This document shows positions 36,901-47,274 of a stretch of DNA of 64,000 nucleotides, one piece after another; the stretch's first letter is position 1; every line of letters begins with the position of its first letter. The notes beneath the pieces were generated by a model that had not been told where the DNA came from, searched no databases, and worked only from the letters and a program-made list of their open reading frames with translations. Location of the stretch: contig OZ287067.1 of assembly GCA_965645245.1 (NCBI GenBank), positions 992,001-1,056,000 on the forward strand, given 5' to 3'. The translations under genes were made by a program, and so were the position numbers. Origin of the DNA: Massalongia carnosa. Its lineage: Eukaryota.

Positions 36901-38346
36901 GCCGAATGCGAAGATAGGGACGGTATCTTGTATTTTCGAAACAAGAAATACGTACCTCGATCCGATCGTCTGAGGCTTCGTATCATTCAACTCGCTCACG
37001 ATAGCGTCGCCGGCGGACATCCGGGCCGTTCCAAATGCCATGAAGTGGTAAATCGATCCTACTGGTGGCCCAGCATGCATCAGTCCATCAAGCGATTTAT
37101 CCGAAACTGCCACACTTGCAGAAGATCAAAACCATCCCGCCAGCGCTATCAGGGCTGGCTACGCCCACTCCCCCCCCCCGAGCGCAGATGGCGGGATATT
37201 TCCATGGATTATGTAGGCCCCCTGACCCCCAGCACCTTCATGGGAATCACTTATCGCTACATCTTGGTGGTTATAGATCGCCTGTCCAAGATGCGACATT
37301 TCATTCCTATCACGTCCATGGAAGTTGAAGACGCCGCCGATGCGTTCTATCAGAATGTCTGGAAACTACATGGGCTTCCCGAAGCCATGGTTTCTGATCG
37401 TGGCCCCCAATTCGTCTCCGATTTCTGGCAGCTCATGTGCAAGAGGCTGAAAATCGACGCCAAGCTATCCACCGGATACCACCCGGAGACCGACGGGCAG
37501 ACCGAGCGAGCCAACGCCACCATGGAGCACTACCTAAGGGCTTATGTCAACTACATGCAGGATGACTGGGCACAATGGCTTCCTGGCGCCGAATTCGCCA
37601 GCAATAACACCGATTCATCTAGTATCCTGGCCTCCCCCTTCCTAGCCAACTTCGGGCAACATCCCCGCATGGGATTTGAACCGGAGGAACCCCTGCCGCA
37701 AGACCTAACCGCTCAGGGCAGAGCAAACCTAGTTGCAGCCAATCAGTTCGTGAATAAGATGCAGGATATCGACACTCATCTTCGAGACGAAATGCTGATG
37801 GCCCAAGCTTCGTACGAAGCAACTGCAAATGCTAACCGACGTCCCTGCCCCCGCTATTTCGTTGGCGATATGGTGTGGCTAAGCACCAGAAATATCCAAA
37901 CCGCTCGCCCCACAGTCAAGCTGGATGACCGAAATATCGGCCCCTACCGCGTCAGCAAGGTGTTTTCCAACCCCTTGATCGTACAGCTGGAGCTTCCCGA
38001 TACCGTCAAAATCCATCCCGTCTTTCACGTCAATCTGTTGCAGCATGATGCCAATGACCCCCTCCCCGGGCAGAGACCGGAGCCTAGAGACCCCGTCATC
38101 GCCGAAGATGGCCAACGAGAATGGTATGTCAATAGGGTATTGAATTCCAAGCTCGACCGACGTTTTCAACCCCCGCTTCTGAAATACCTAGTGGATTGGG
38201 AAGGGCATCCTTCCACCTGGGAGCCTTTCAACTATCTCATCAATTGTCAGCAAGTCATAGACGAATACCACCAAGCCTATCCCAATGCGGCCGGCCCTCA
38301 TCTAAACCCCTGTCAAATTCCCCGTTGCCAATGCCACGAGGCATAG
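33889..38346 (+). CDS. pol: Pol of A2 (PR-RT-RH-IN-chromodomain), probably via -1 frameshift
   Basis: LIDCGAS, YLDD, integrase, chromodomain; open throughout; -1 frame relative to gag. Confidence 0.96.
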   Translation, partial: GKSLVSAHRRVQGLPPLLISSCLMASFSPSLRSNTRFSAASALELFESDKTFRDSHMVMTGILRLSRSRIRTYNLIDCGASGFSFIDEKFAHTNQIPLHLLKYPRRLEGFDGQRALSGNITHVAEITMDLEGHVEKLFLYVTGLKNYPIILGHPWLRRHNAIADFGHNTLTFASPYCLTHCCPHPVKLQAVEEEFLTPAESRKIWDEEILEDALGKVINQDTSIRTSITSLEEGEEIPTIKNSIPDNPVKIEESIPLFKTAQRDFTLIKPEINEPEPQPQNPTDEPSRIENAIQQGLPPPKIRYRSPSKLRTSTQRRAHQAARKTTPQMNVCEIGAISFNRLTRKKNHDSFALSMKEIDLFLGKTNPEPLVMKASPSSAPDLIEKAKKPSPAYQPLPSGASPHEKEIHLALFKMNKALTLATAVTREELDAYRESKNVDPAPLLPKQYHEFLDVFSKKKSEDLPPRRPYDHAINLKEGTQAPSQALYGMSRTEIEELRRYLDENLAKGFIRASRSHAASPVMFVKKPGGGLRFCVDYRALNAITIKDRYPLPLIAETLHQLIKAKIFTKIDIIAAFNMLRIREGDEELTAFRTRFGLFESLVLPFGLCNGPASFQHFINDTLHEYLADFCTAYLDDILIYSDNELEHEVHVKKILSRLRDAGLQADITKCKFHVTEIAYLGMIVTTEGIKMDPAKVETVVNWPNLVNVKDVQSFLGFANFYRRFVYGFSDIAGPLTNLTKKETEFLWTDKCQLAFEMLKKAFTSDVILRHFDPDRPIIVETDASDYVSGGILSQYDDDGILHPVAYFSKKHNPAECNYEIYDKELMAIVRCFEEWRPELEGSAFPISVISDHKNLEYFASTKQLSRRQARWSEFLSRFDFKIVYRPGKAGGKPDALTRRSGDLPKEGDDTDERRKFQHQTILKTENLDEEVAKSYLRSILLAPAFLDDADIEEAEPQLDEDLIDPDEDISTELLWEQALTRDQFAPEVLEALRNNERHHNRIQLAECEDRDGILYFRNKKYVPRSDRLRLRIIQLAHDSVAGGHPGRSKCHEVVNRSYWWPSMHQSIKRFIRNCHTCRRSKPSRQRYQGWLRPLPPPERRWRDISMDYVGPLTPSTFMGITYRYILVVIDRLSKMRHFIPITSMEVEDAADAFYQNVWKLHGLPEAMVSDRGPQFVSDFWQLMCKRLKIDAKLSTGYHPETDGQTERANATMEHYLRAYVNYMQDDWAQWLPGAEFASNNTDSSSILASPFLANFGQHPRMGFEPEEPLPQDLTAQGRANLVAANQFVNKMQDIDTHLRDEMLMAQASYEATANANRRPCPRYFVGDMVWLSTRNIQTARPTVKLDDRNIGPYRVSKVFSNPLIVQLELPDTVKIHPVFHVNLLQHDANDPLPGQRPEPRDPVIAEDGQREWYVNRVLNSKLDRRFQPPLLKYLVDWEGHPSTWEPFNYLINCQQVIDEYHQAYPNAAGPHLNPCQIPRCQCHEA

Positions 38347-39056
38347 ATAAGATGGCATCGCAGGAGCTCTGCCTTGAAGGGGGAGCTACTGTCATGAAAT
38401 GCCTCCGACCTCACCACGTGCCTCTATCACGTGCCTTGATCTGATGACTACTCACGGACGTCGTGCCATGCCTTCGGGACCCTCATATCATTCTTCGAAT
38501 TCGCCGATTACTGATCATTAATCAGCCTCGCATTGATGATTTATTCCCGTCTTTCGACTATTATCATGTCTAATAGCTTCGCATTGATGTTTGACATCTC
38601 CCGTCTCCTCGCTGACCCCATCGTGCTTATTGCCGCTATAATGCCCCTCATTCATCATCGCACTGACTAGACATCATTCGCCGCCACCCTAGAAAGATGA
38701 ATATGGGAGGACAAAGATATAAGAAAGAAGCCGAATCATGGAAGTTCTGATTCTTTGTCGAACGTCTTGAATAGCCAACCTAGCCTAGCCTAGATTCATA
38801 GCTATAGACTCAATCAATAAGCTTGACCATCAACCCACCTTGCCTTTGCCCTTGCCCTCGACCTGATTTCGTGACAGTCTATGTAGCTGTTGCTGGGCAA
38901 TAGCAAGGCAGTCACTGGGGGAAAGCAGTGTAGGGGGGTTGATCAAGTAGATTGATCAGTGGCCTTCGAAAGAGGTGGGCGATAGGTCCTTTATCCTATA
39001 GTCCCACCTCGATCAGGCCACGTCTATCATACTAGTTACTACTACATGATTGACTC

Positions 39057-41439
39057 TGTAGAGGGGTGGAGTGGAACTCCACCGGGTCGGTGGCAAGTGA
39101 GGTGATGAGTCAGGTGATTGGTCATGTGGTCGGGTGCTGGCGTCTTGGCGTTCCGGTTATATGAGTCTTTTTCTCAAACTTTCCTTCTCATCTTTCGGGA
39201 TATCCATCTTCGGATCATACTGCTATCAACACATACAGCTATCATAGACACTTTCATTCATACAGCTAGTCGGCCATTGATGGGCATGACGATTAATTCA
39301 TCGATGCAGTGAGGCTCTGTTGATTCGGTCATTTGTTTGTTTGTTTCATCCTTCTATCGTTCGCCACCACCCAGTTTATCCCTTCACATTTGGCGACCAC
39401 GGTGCGATCGGAAGTAGTAGGACCTGAGCAAGAACATTTGAACATCATTAACCTCTTAAGCACGAGCACGAGGCTAGAAATTGAGCACTGAACACGAGGC
39501 ACGAGACACGAGACACGAGCACGAGCACTGAGACTGCGACCGAGACCGAGTACGCGACAGTGTATAAAATTGAGCACTGGGCCGAGCACACGATGGCCCC
39601 AATTTATCTTTCCCTTTTAATCACCGCGACCACCACCACCACCACCATTCTATCACCGACGACCTGCCAACCAGATGTACATTCCTGGGACTGGCTTATC
39701 CTCATCCTTGCTGCACTGACGGCCGTCACCTCGTGCATCACCTTCTGCTGCTGGGCAAGTGCGGCTGCGACCGCGAACAGGGCAGCAACGTCATCATCCG
39801 ACTCGTGTGCCTTAGTGGCACCTATCATATCTGTTGCGAACATGGAGGAATGGTTGAACAACTGCCAAGCAGCGTCCATGACACCACCCACCACTAGTCC
39901 GCCGCCGACCGAGCCTGTGACCGAGCCACATGACACCGTGTCAATCACCGAGTCTTCTGCGTCTGAGCTGGAAAGGCCAAAAATGGCATATTCGTATTCA
40001 GACTCTGATTTAGGTGCTGCACTAGCGCGGGCCGAAGAGGACCGGATGACCGACATCAACCCTGACGTCTGTGAGACTTCTGGTGCTCAGCCTATTGATT
40101 CACCTGTCACCGTTCCAGCCACCAATTCTGCCATGCCTGCACCGATCATCATGCCTGATTCATCATCTTCTGATCAATCAGCTTCGTCTTCGCCCGCTGT
40201 CGACACCGTAATATTCTCGCTGATGCTTGATTATCTTCTAATCAAGGCCATGGCGCTAGTTACTCCGATAAGCCGAATGACGGAGATGTCGGTCATTGAA
40301 GCCCTGATGCATTTAGACCCGCTCTTGGCAAAATTTATGCTAGAAACGGACGAGGGAGCAAAGATTTTGCTAGAACTTAAGAATCAGGTGCTTCAACGTC
40401 GCATGCAGACCGATCGTGACAAGGCTCATGATACACGTGGTTCAGCTAGCCCATCTCCTCCACCCCGCTCTGAAGCCTCTGTTTCAGCCAACCGTGTGAC
40501 CCATTCACCAAGCGGACGACTAGCAAGCAGAGCACCACCGAGCAAGACTTCCGGGCCCACGCCCCCTCTTCGTCGGACAGCTGCTCCGCTCCCATCGGGG
40601 CCATGGCAGTCGGAACGCGCCAGGCAGGCAAGAGTGGACCGTCGGCAACAGCAACAGCAGAGATCATGGCCGGAACAAAGTAGCTCCACTCCATTTAACA
40701 GGCCCGGCCTGTTAAATCAGCAGTCAACAACATCTCCGACCCCGATACCTCAACGCAGCGTATTCGGACCTTTGCTTATGGGCCCTGACCAACCGCGACA
40801 GACGGGTGCGTACGTACCACCTCACCTACGAGCTAACTACAAGCAGTCAGAGCAGGACTGCTCGGCCAATCAGAAGAGGTTTGTACGATATGTTTCAACT
40901 CCTGAGGGCTGGAAACAAATTGCTAGTGTCATGAATAACGTTAGCAAATTGACAGGTGTTGAGGTCAATCATGCTTGGGGATTCGACACAGCGGTCATGA
41001 GCTAGAACAGACAAGAACGTCTAATGGACTAGCTGAAAGGAGAAATGCGGGGGAGCGAAGTCTAGACTCGGTGTCATGGGACGACACCTATGTCAACCGG
41101 GGACCTATGTAGAGGGGTGGAGTGGAACTCCACCGGGTCGGTGGCAAGTGAGGTGATGAGTCAGGTGATTGGTCATGTGGTCGGGTGCTGGCGTCTTGGC
41201 GTTCCGGTTATATGAGTCTTTTTCTCAAACTTTCCTTCTCATCTTTCGGGATATCCATCTTCGGATCATACTGCTATCAACACATACAGCTATCATAGAC
41301 ACTTTCATTCATACAGCTAGTCGGCCATTGATGGGCATGACGATTAATTCATCGATGCAGTGAGGCTCTGTTGATTCGGTCATTTGTTTGTTTGTTTCAT
41401 CCTTCTATCGTTCGCCACCACCCAGTTTATCCCTTCACA
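39057..41439 (+). mobile_element. Non-autonomous LTR element G (2383 bp) with a single non-gag/pol ORF
   Basis: 332-bp LTRs 39057-39388 and 41108-41439, identical by eye, TG...CA; 4-bp TSD ACTC; PBS-like TGGCGACCACGG at 39391. Confidence 0.93.
39593..41005 (+). CDS. 470-aa hypothetical protein: N-terminal hydrophobic/TM segments, S/P/T-rich linkers, helical core, YVPPHLR motif
   Basis: Uninterrupted, intron-less ORF filling most of G's interior; WLILILAALTAVTSCITFCCW hydrophobic helix; no RT, IN or zinc-knuckle motifs. Confidence 0.75.
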   Translation: MAPIYLSLLITATTTTTTILSPTTCQPDVHSWDWLILILAALTAVTSCITFCCWASAAATANRAATSSSDSCALVAPIISVANMEEWLNNCQAASMTPPTTSPPPTEPVTEPHDTVSITESSASELERPKMAYSYSDSDLGAALARAEEDRMTDINPDVCETSGAQPIDSPVTVPATNSAMPAPIIMPDSSSSDQSASSSPAVDTVIFSLMLDYLLIKAMALVTPISRMTEMSVIEALMHLDPLLAKFMLETDEGAKILLELKNQVLQRRMQTDRDKAHDTRGSASPSPPPRSEASVSANRVTHSPSGRLASRAPPSKTSGPTPPLRRTAAPLPSGPWQSERARQARVDRRQQQQQRSWPEQSSSTPFNRPGLLNQQSTTSPTPIPQRSVFGPLLMGPDQPRQTGAYVPPHLRANYKQSEQDCSANQKRFVRYVSTPEGWKQIASVMNNVSKLTGVEVNHAWGFDTAVMS

Positions 41440-41879
41440 ACTCGATTGAGGCTCCCTCATGGACGCTATTCCGCGCGCATCCCTTGCATGAAGTGAGCGG
41501 TTGTTATATGAAGACCTGTTCTGACAGTACCCTTCTCCTAGGGCTCATGTCCTCATGAACTTGAATTGATTTCTGTATAGCCTCAATCTATTTTCTTTCG
41601 AACTTCCGTCGTCTGTCATACTATAAGATTTCGAGATATCGAACATGATTCCTGTTCTGATCTTGCAACATGCATTTGCGATCGTACTTGTATCTTTTCT
41701 TGTGTCTAGCAAGCGTTTTTCAGCGAACGAATGAGTTGAGGCTGCTTGCAGTGAATGATAGCGAGTTTGTGAATTCAGTTTTTTGTGAATTTAGTAACGT
41801 GAATTCAACTGAGATTTCTTCTCATCATAAGTATCAGCGTTTTCTGTTTCTTTCTTTCTTTTTTACAATCATAATCATA

Positions 41880-43030
41880 ATGGCTCAACGATATTTTAAA
41901 ACACTCGATCGCTCTTCTTCTGTTGTCTCTTTCTCTTTCTCTGATGAACTTGAAGATAACTCATCACTACCTCGCAATAGTGATAGAAAATTGCCGTCTT
42001 TCGATCTGAGGGAAGTGCGTGTTCTCAACGAGTCCTCATCTGTTGCTCGGTCTTCTGAGGCTGTCATCTCGATTTTCTCGCGCTCTGTCTTGTCTTCTGT
42101 CTCTTCTTCTTCTTCTTCTCGATCTATTTTCTTGCGATCTGCTGACCCCTCGGTGCGGTTTGCCTCTGTGAGTGACCTAGGGTCACTCATGTCTAGTCAT
42201 CGTTCTTCTGAGAGCGAGAGTTCTATTAGTCTTTTCGTTGGGGATGAATCCTCAAGTGTGCGCTCGCCCTTCGGTTCGCCGGCTTCTCGTGGGCCTTCAG
42301 GTGCTGCTTTCCGTGCTTCTGCTTCCTCTGTCCTCGGGGGTTCTTCGGCCGCTCGCGCGTCTCGCGCGCCTGATGATCCTGTTCTTGTCGCCCCTTCAAT
42401 GTGGGTTCGGCTCATTTCAGATTCATGATATTGTATGCGCTGTATAAAGCGGCTGATTATTCATGATCAGCTCTGCGAGTAAGATCAAAACAAGTCATTT
42501 AAATGTGATTATTATGTGCAGCAAGGAAAATCTTGCTATCCTGTAAGTCGTGTATATTAATGCTGATAATTGATCACTAATGTGAAGGTATAAGATTCTC
42601 GCTCGTTTTCATCGCTTTGCGATGAATATTTTGATTCAGATAGAGTTCTTGATTGATGATGATTCTAACATTTCGCTCATTTATGAGCGTTTCAATTTTC
42701 TTCTGAAACGCATCTCTATATACGAGCAGAATATTATCAAGCGGGCTCGTCAGGGCACTCGAGCTCTTTTGAAGTTTTTGAATAATTTGAAGAGGATCAC
42801 GGTCGAGAACACGGCGCTATTGCGCTATCAGATAGTTGTGATTATTCTAAGCTATTGCGCTTGCTAATGTTTCTAAATAAGGCTTTCGATATTGACTCCT
42901 TCTCACGAGGACAGGTGACAGAAGTGAGAAGGTGTCGACCTCGACTCTTATAAGAGGAACGATTAATCTGATTTTCTTTGACGTTTGACAGGAGATTCGG
43001 CGGGCGTTGACTGAAGGTTCGACGAGTTAG
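41880..43030 (+). pseudogene. Antisense accessory gene of F with a Zn2Cys6-like motif, RIP-degenerate
   Basis: Ser-rich ORF from ATG 41880, then CMRCIKRLIIHDQLCE*DQNKSFKCDYYVQQGKSC; intron 42543-42594 joins in frame to ORF 42622; 3' end approximate. Confidence 0.6.
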
Positions 43031-43072
43031 ATAGAGTGTGTTTTTTTAGATGAATTTCTTTTCAATCTTCTT

Positions 43073-46000
43073 TCACTTCTTACTTCTTCGCCTTCTTTTC
43101 TTGACGTGAGATTCATCAATCTTTTCTGAATATTGCTGATGATACGATTTAATCAGGTTCTGTGAATTCTTCATGTCTTTCATCAGTAATCATTGATTAT
43201 TTATGTCTGAATAATCTAATCATTTGATTAAATATTGAAGTTTGTCATAATGAATTCTACTATTTAGGATCTTCTTTACTTTTCATTGTTCTTCTTCAGC
43301 AATTTCAATGATTGAAGGCTGCTCTTGAGCTTTTGTAGGATCAATGATATAGAGTTTTAGCAAGAAGACATGAAACACATTGTGAACGCTCTTAAGTAGA
43401 TCGAAAAGTCGCAGACGATAAGCATTCTTTTTCACGAAATTTGTTATCTCGTATGATTCATAGTATTTATAATTTAGTTTCTTAAATGATCTGATAGGTT
43501 TGATGTTTTTGACATTTAGCAGGACTTTGTCGCTCACTTTATATGTCTTAAATATGTGAGTTCTATTATAAAACTTGATTTGAGAATCGACAGCCTTGCT
43601 GAGAAGTTTTTGAAATCTCTTTCTTTTTTTTAGCATATTTGTTGCTCGAAGGCGAGTCGCGGAATTCTCGTCGTTCTTTCGCTCGAGAATATTATCTTCT
43701 CATTTTGAAGCTTCTTCGAACATTGCTTCGAAAGATGTCATGTTAATGACGCTGTGTAGACTGTTGTTATAAGCAAACTCGATCATAAGCAATCAATATA
43801 TTCAATCATTCTGCTAATAGTTGACATAGCATTTTAAATATTGTTCTAGAATTTGATTTTGTTTCTTCGTCTGCTCGTCGATTTGTGAATGAAAGGCTGT
43901 GTTATAATTGAATCGTACACGAAGATAAAAACAGAAGTGCGATCAGAATTTCGATGTGAAAAGACTTTCTCGATCTGTTACGATCGAAATCGACATGTCA
44001 AACTTGATAAAGATTTCTTCGACAAGAACATCGCTCATATTCTCAGCTTCTCAGTTCTTTCGTGTTGATATATATCGAGAATATTTGATATACCTGTCTA
44101 CTGTTACAAGAATGAAGTCATATACTTGTCCTCGACGAATGCTAGGCGAGAGATCGATGATAAAGTTCATGATTCAATTCTGTCTGAGCTCATTCGAGAC
44201 TGACAGTGACATCAAATCTTCATAAGGCTTATGTCTTGAAGTCTTGATTAAATGACATCGAGTGCAGATTTCGACATAATTTTTGATGTCTTCATACATC
44301 TTAGGTCAGTAGTATTTCCGCTGAATCAGCTCTACTGTTCGCTTAATTTCAAAGTGACCCGCGTTGAGATCATCATGATTCTGTCGCAGTAGCACTTCTC
44401 TTAAGATTCCTGAAGGTACGTATCATTTATTGTCTTTACACAAGAGTTCGTCTTTTATATGTCAAAGGTTTTCTTTGTTTCTAAGCTCACTTCGCGATTT
44501 TTTTTCGTGTGCCTGAGAATGGTTCTGCGAATCGCTCTGAACATTTTTGTTGATTACTAGCCCTTCATGCATACTCTTTCTCTTGTGTTGCTCTCACTGT
44601 GTCGACGAAGCGACAAGAGATCGTCTCTGCTGCGCGAGCTGATCAGACTCTTGCAGTGTCAAGAAAACGATGCGTAACTCGAGCGATGAGGCAGCAAAAG
44701 CTGAATCTTTCTTCGAAACTTTCTTTAGTTGTTTTAGAGAAATTTGAGACTTCTTTTCGAATGTCTTCACGAGTTGAAACTCTGTAGGCTTTGAAGTAGC
44801 CTTTTTCTCGTTTAATTTAAATGAAGGTTTTTTCTTCTTCTTAACTCTTCTTACGATCGCGAAAACGTCGAGACTTTCTGTCTTCGTTTCATCAGCGATT
44901 CGCAAGAAACGCGCGCATGAGTTTTTTCGAACCTCATCAACGAAAGAGTTTCTCGACTCATCGTCGATTTCGTTCACGTATTCGAATTTTACAAATCCTA
45001 GCACATTTGTGCTATCAACAGTGAGCTCTCATTTCATGACGTTTTCTTCAGAAGCAGTCACAAGGACACTGATTATTGAAGCAATCACTCATCTCTTCGT
45101 CTCGAAGTTTCTTTCAAGATACTCTGTTCTTCGTCGAATTCTCGACGATCTTCTTGGTTCACGAGAAACTACTGCATCGACTTGATGAGACAAGTTGAAT
45201 TCATTTTCAATATAATCTGAACGCCTTGAGAACTCGTCTGCAGGATTGTAGCCTCTCGATCGATATTCTATTATCAGATTAAAACTAGAGAATCTCTTTC
45301 ATCATTTAATCTTTCTTCGTGATAGATTTTTGATGATGAGAAATATACGAAGATTGCAGTGATCGATGATCACACGAATGAGATATGTCGTTTTTTCAAG
45401 ATAATGTCGTCATTGCTTGCATGCTTCGACGATCGTTAACATCTCAATCTCGTCTACTTCATAATTGAGTTCAGCTGAGGTCATTTTTCTTGATCAAAAG
45501 GCGATAGAATGTCAACGTTCGATCTTTTCGACTAATTGTGATATTATTTCAGAAATCGCGATTCCTGAGACATTCGTTTTTAGGTGGATTTTCCTCTTCG
45601 AATCGAAGTGCAATAGCATGAGAATCGTGATAAAGACATGTTTCAACTTATCGAAGAATTCTTTGATCTTCTTTGCGAATGTAAATTGATTCTCGAATTT
45701 TTTCTTTTTTTTCTCTTTTAACAGAATGATTAGGACAATTATTATTCGAGAAAATTCGTCTATAAATCGTCTGTAGAAATTCGCAAAATTCAGAAAGACT
45801 TGTACATCTCTGTGATTTTTTGATTCAGATCAGTTCATGATTGTTAATATACGAGATGAGTTCATTCTGATGTCTGTTGAAGTCAGGATAAATTCTAGAA
45901 ATTCGATTTCGAACTTGTCAAATAGACACTTGAAGAGCTTCGCATGCAAATTATATTTTCGAAGCTTTTCGAGTATCATTCGAACGTGATTCGCATGCTG

Positions 46001-47240
46001 CTCGATTTTTCTGAAGAATATCAAAATATCGTTCAGATACATCATTACGAATTGATCTAGATATTCTTTTAAAGCATCGTGAATATACGTCTGAAACGTG
46101 ACAGATGCATTCGCTAATTCAAAAGACATTATTAAATATTCGAAATGATCGTATTTGCATCTGAACGCGATTTTTCATTCGTCGTCGACTTTTATGCGAA
46201 TAGAGTTAAAAGCATTTCGAATATCGAATTTGATAAAGACAATCGCTTCTATTAATACTTCGATTAATTCCTGTATCAACGAAAGTGAATAGCGATTTTT
46301 GATCGTCACTGCATTAAGATCTCGATAATCAACACAGAGTCGCAAGTCATCATCTTTTTTCTTTACGAATAGAATTGATGCATCGATCGAAGATTTGCTT
46401 GAGACTATATAATTCTTAATTAACTGCTCGTTCAGATACTCACGTAATGCATTTAATTTTGTCATCGATAGATTATAAATAGATTCAAAGAGGATATTTT
46501 CTTCTGTCTCGATAGCATGATCGTGAAATTCATGTTGTGATAACTCGTGTGCTTTTTCTTTGAAAAACACATCGTTATATTCGACGTACTTGAAGAAGAT
46601 TTCACTTGATATTTCAGTCACTGAATCAATCACGATTCTCGTTTGATCAAGATCTTGAACATTCAAAAGAAATGCTTGTATTCTCTTCTCTGCGCATAAT
46701 CGTCGAATCTTTTTCGAATCGACTGTCGCTATATTCGAATGATTACTGAAAGTAATACTTCGAGGAACTTGCGTTTTTTCGATTACAGGCTCATCAGTCT
46801 TAAGATCATAGATCTCATGCAAACACGTCTGATCGTTCTTCTTTTCAGAAGAGCGAACATGAAACAATTTGCGCTCATGTCAGCGGATAATCGAATCAAC
46901 CTGATCTAGTCAAGGCATTTTCAAAATCATATCAACGTCAAACATGTCAGCACTCACGAACGTTTGATTCGCTCGTATCTCTACTCTCTTATCATCAACA
47001 ACTTCAACTTGTAGAGAATGACTGTGATAAGTTTGTAGAGGCGTTTCATTCAGTGTCTTCATGTTCGATAAGAGTGATGACTCGACGAGGATTTGCAAGT
47101 CAATCTCCTTAATCTTTATTTGAGAAAGAAAGTTTCATGTTGATTCGCAGTCGATCATCGCGCGTATTTGTAATAGTGCCTGTTCAATGTAAAGTGTCAT
47201 CACAGTAAACATGTGTCTTATCGCTTCATTTCTTCGTCTA
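43073..47240 (-). pseudogene. pol: Pol of F (RIP-degenerate)
   Basis: KKDDDLRLCVDYRDLN..NRYSLS, MSFELANAS, YLNDIL, HNVFHVFLLK, chromodomain remnant. Confidence 0.93.
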
Positions 47241-47274
47241 CGAGTCAATACGATCGAGGCTACATCGATCGACT

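Larger units (their letters stand above)
32196..38876 (+). mobile_element. Full-length intact chromovirus family A, copy A2
   Basis: 487-bp LTRs 32196-32682 and 38390-38876, identical by eye; TSD GTCTA; intact ORFs. Confidence 0.98.

Noticed and set aside
219..38444. Many short antisense or overlapping ORFs within pol genes and LTRs
   Set aside because: Shadow frames of real ORFs or repeated LTR sequence, with no motifs
39593..41005. Firm call as retroviral env or gag
   Set aside because: No evident furin site, fusion peptide or C-terminal TM, and no capsid or knuckle motif; left hypothetical
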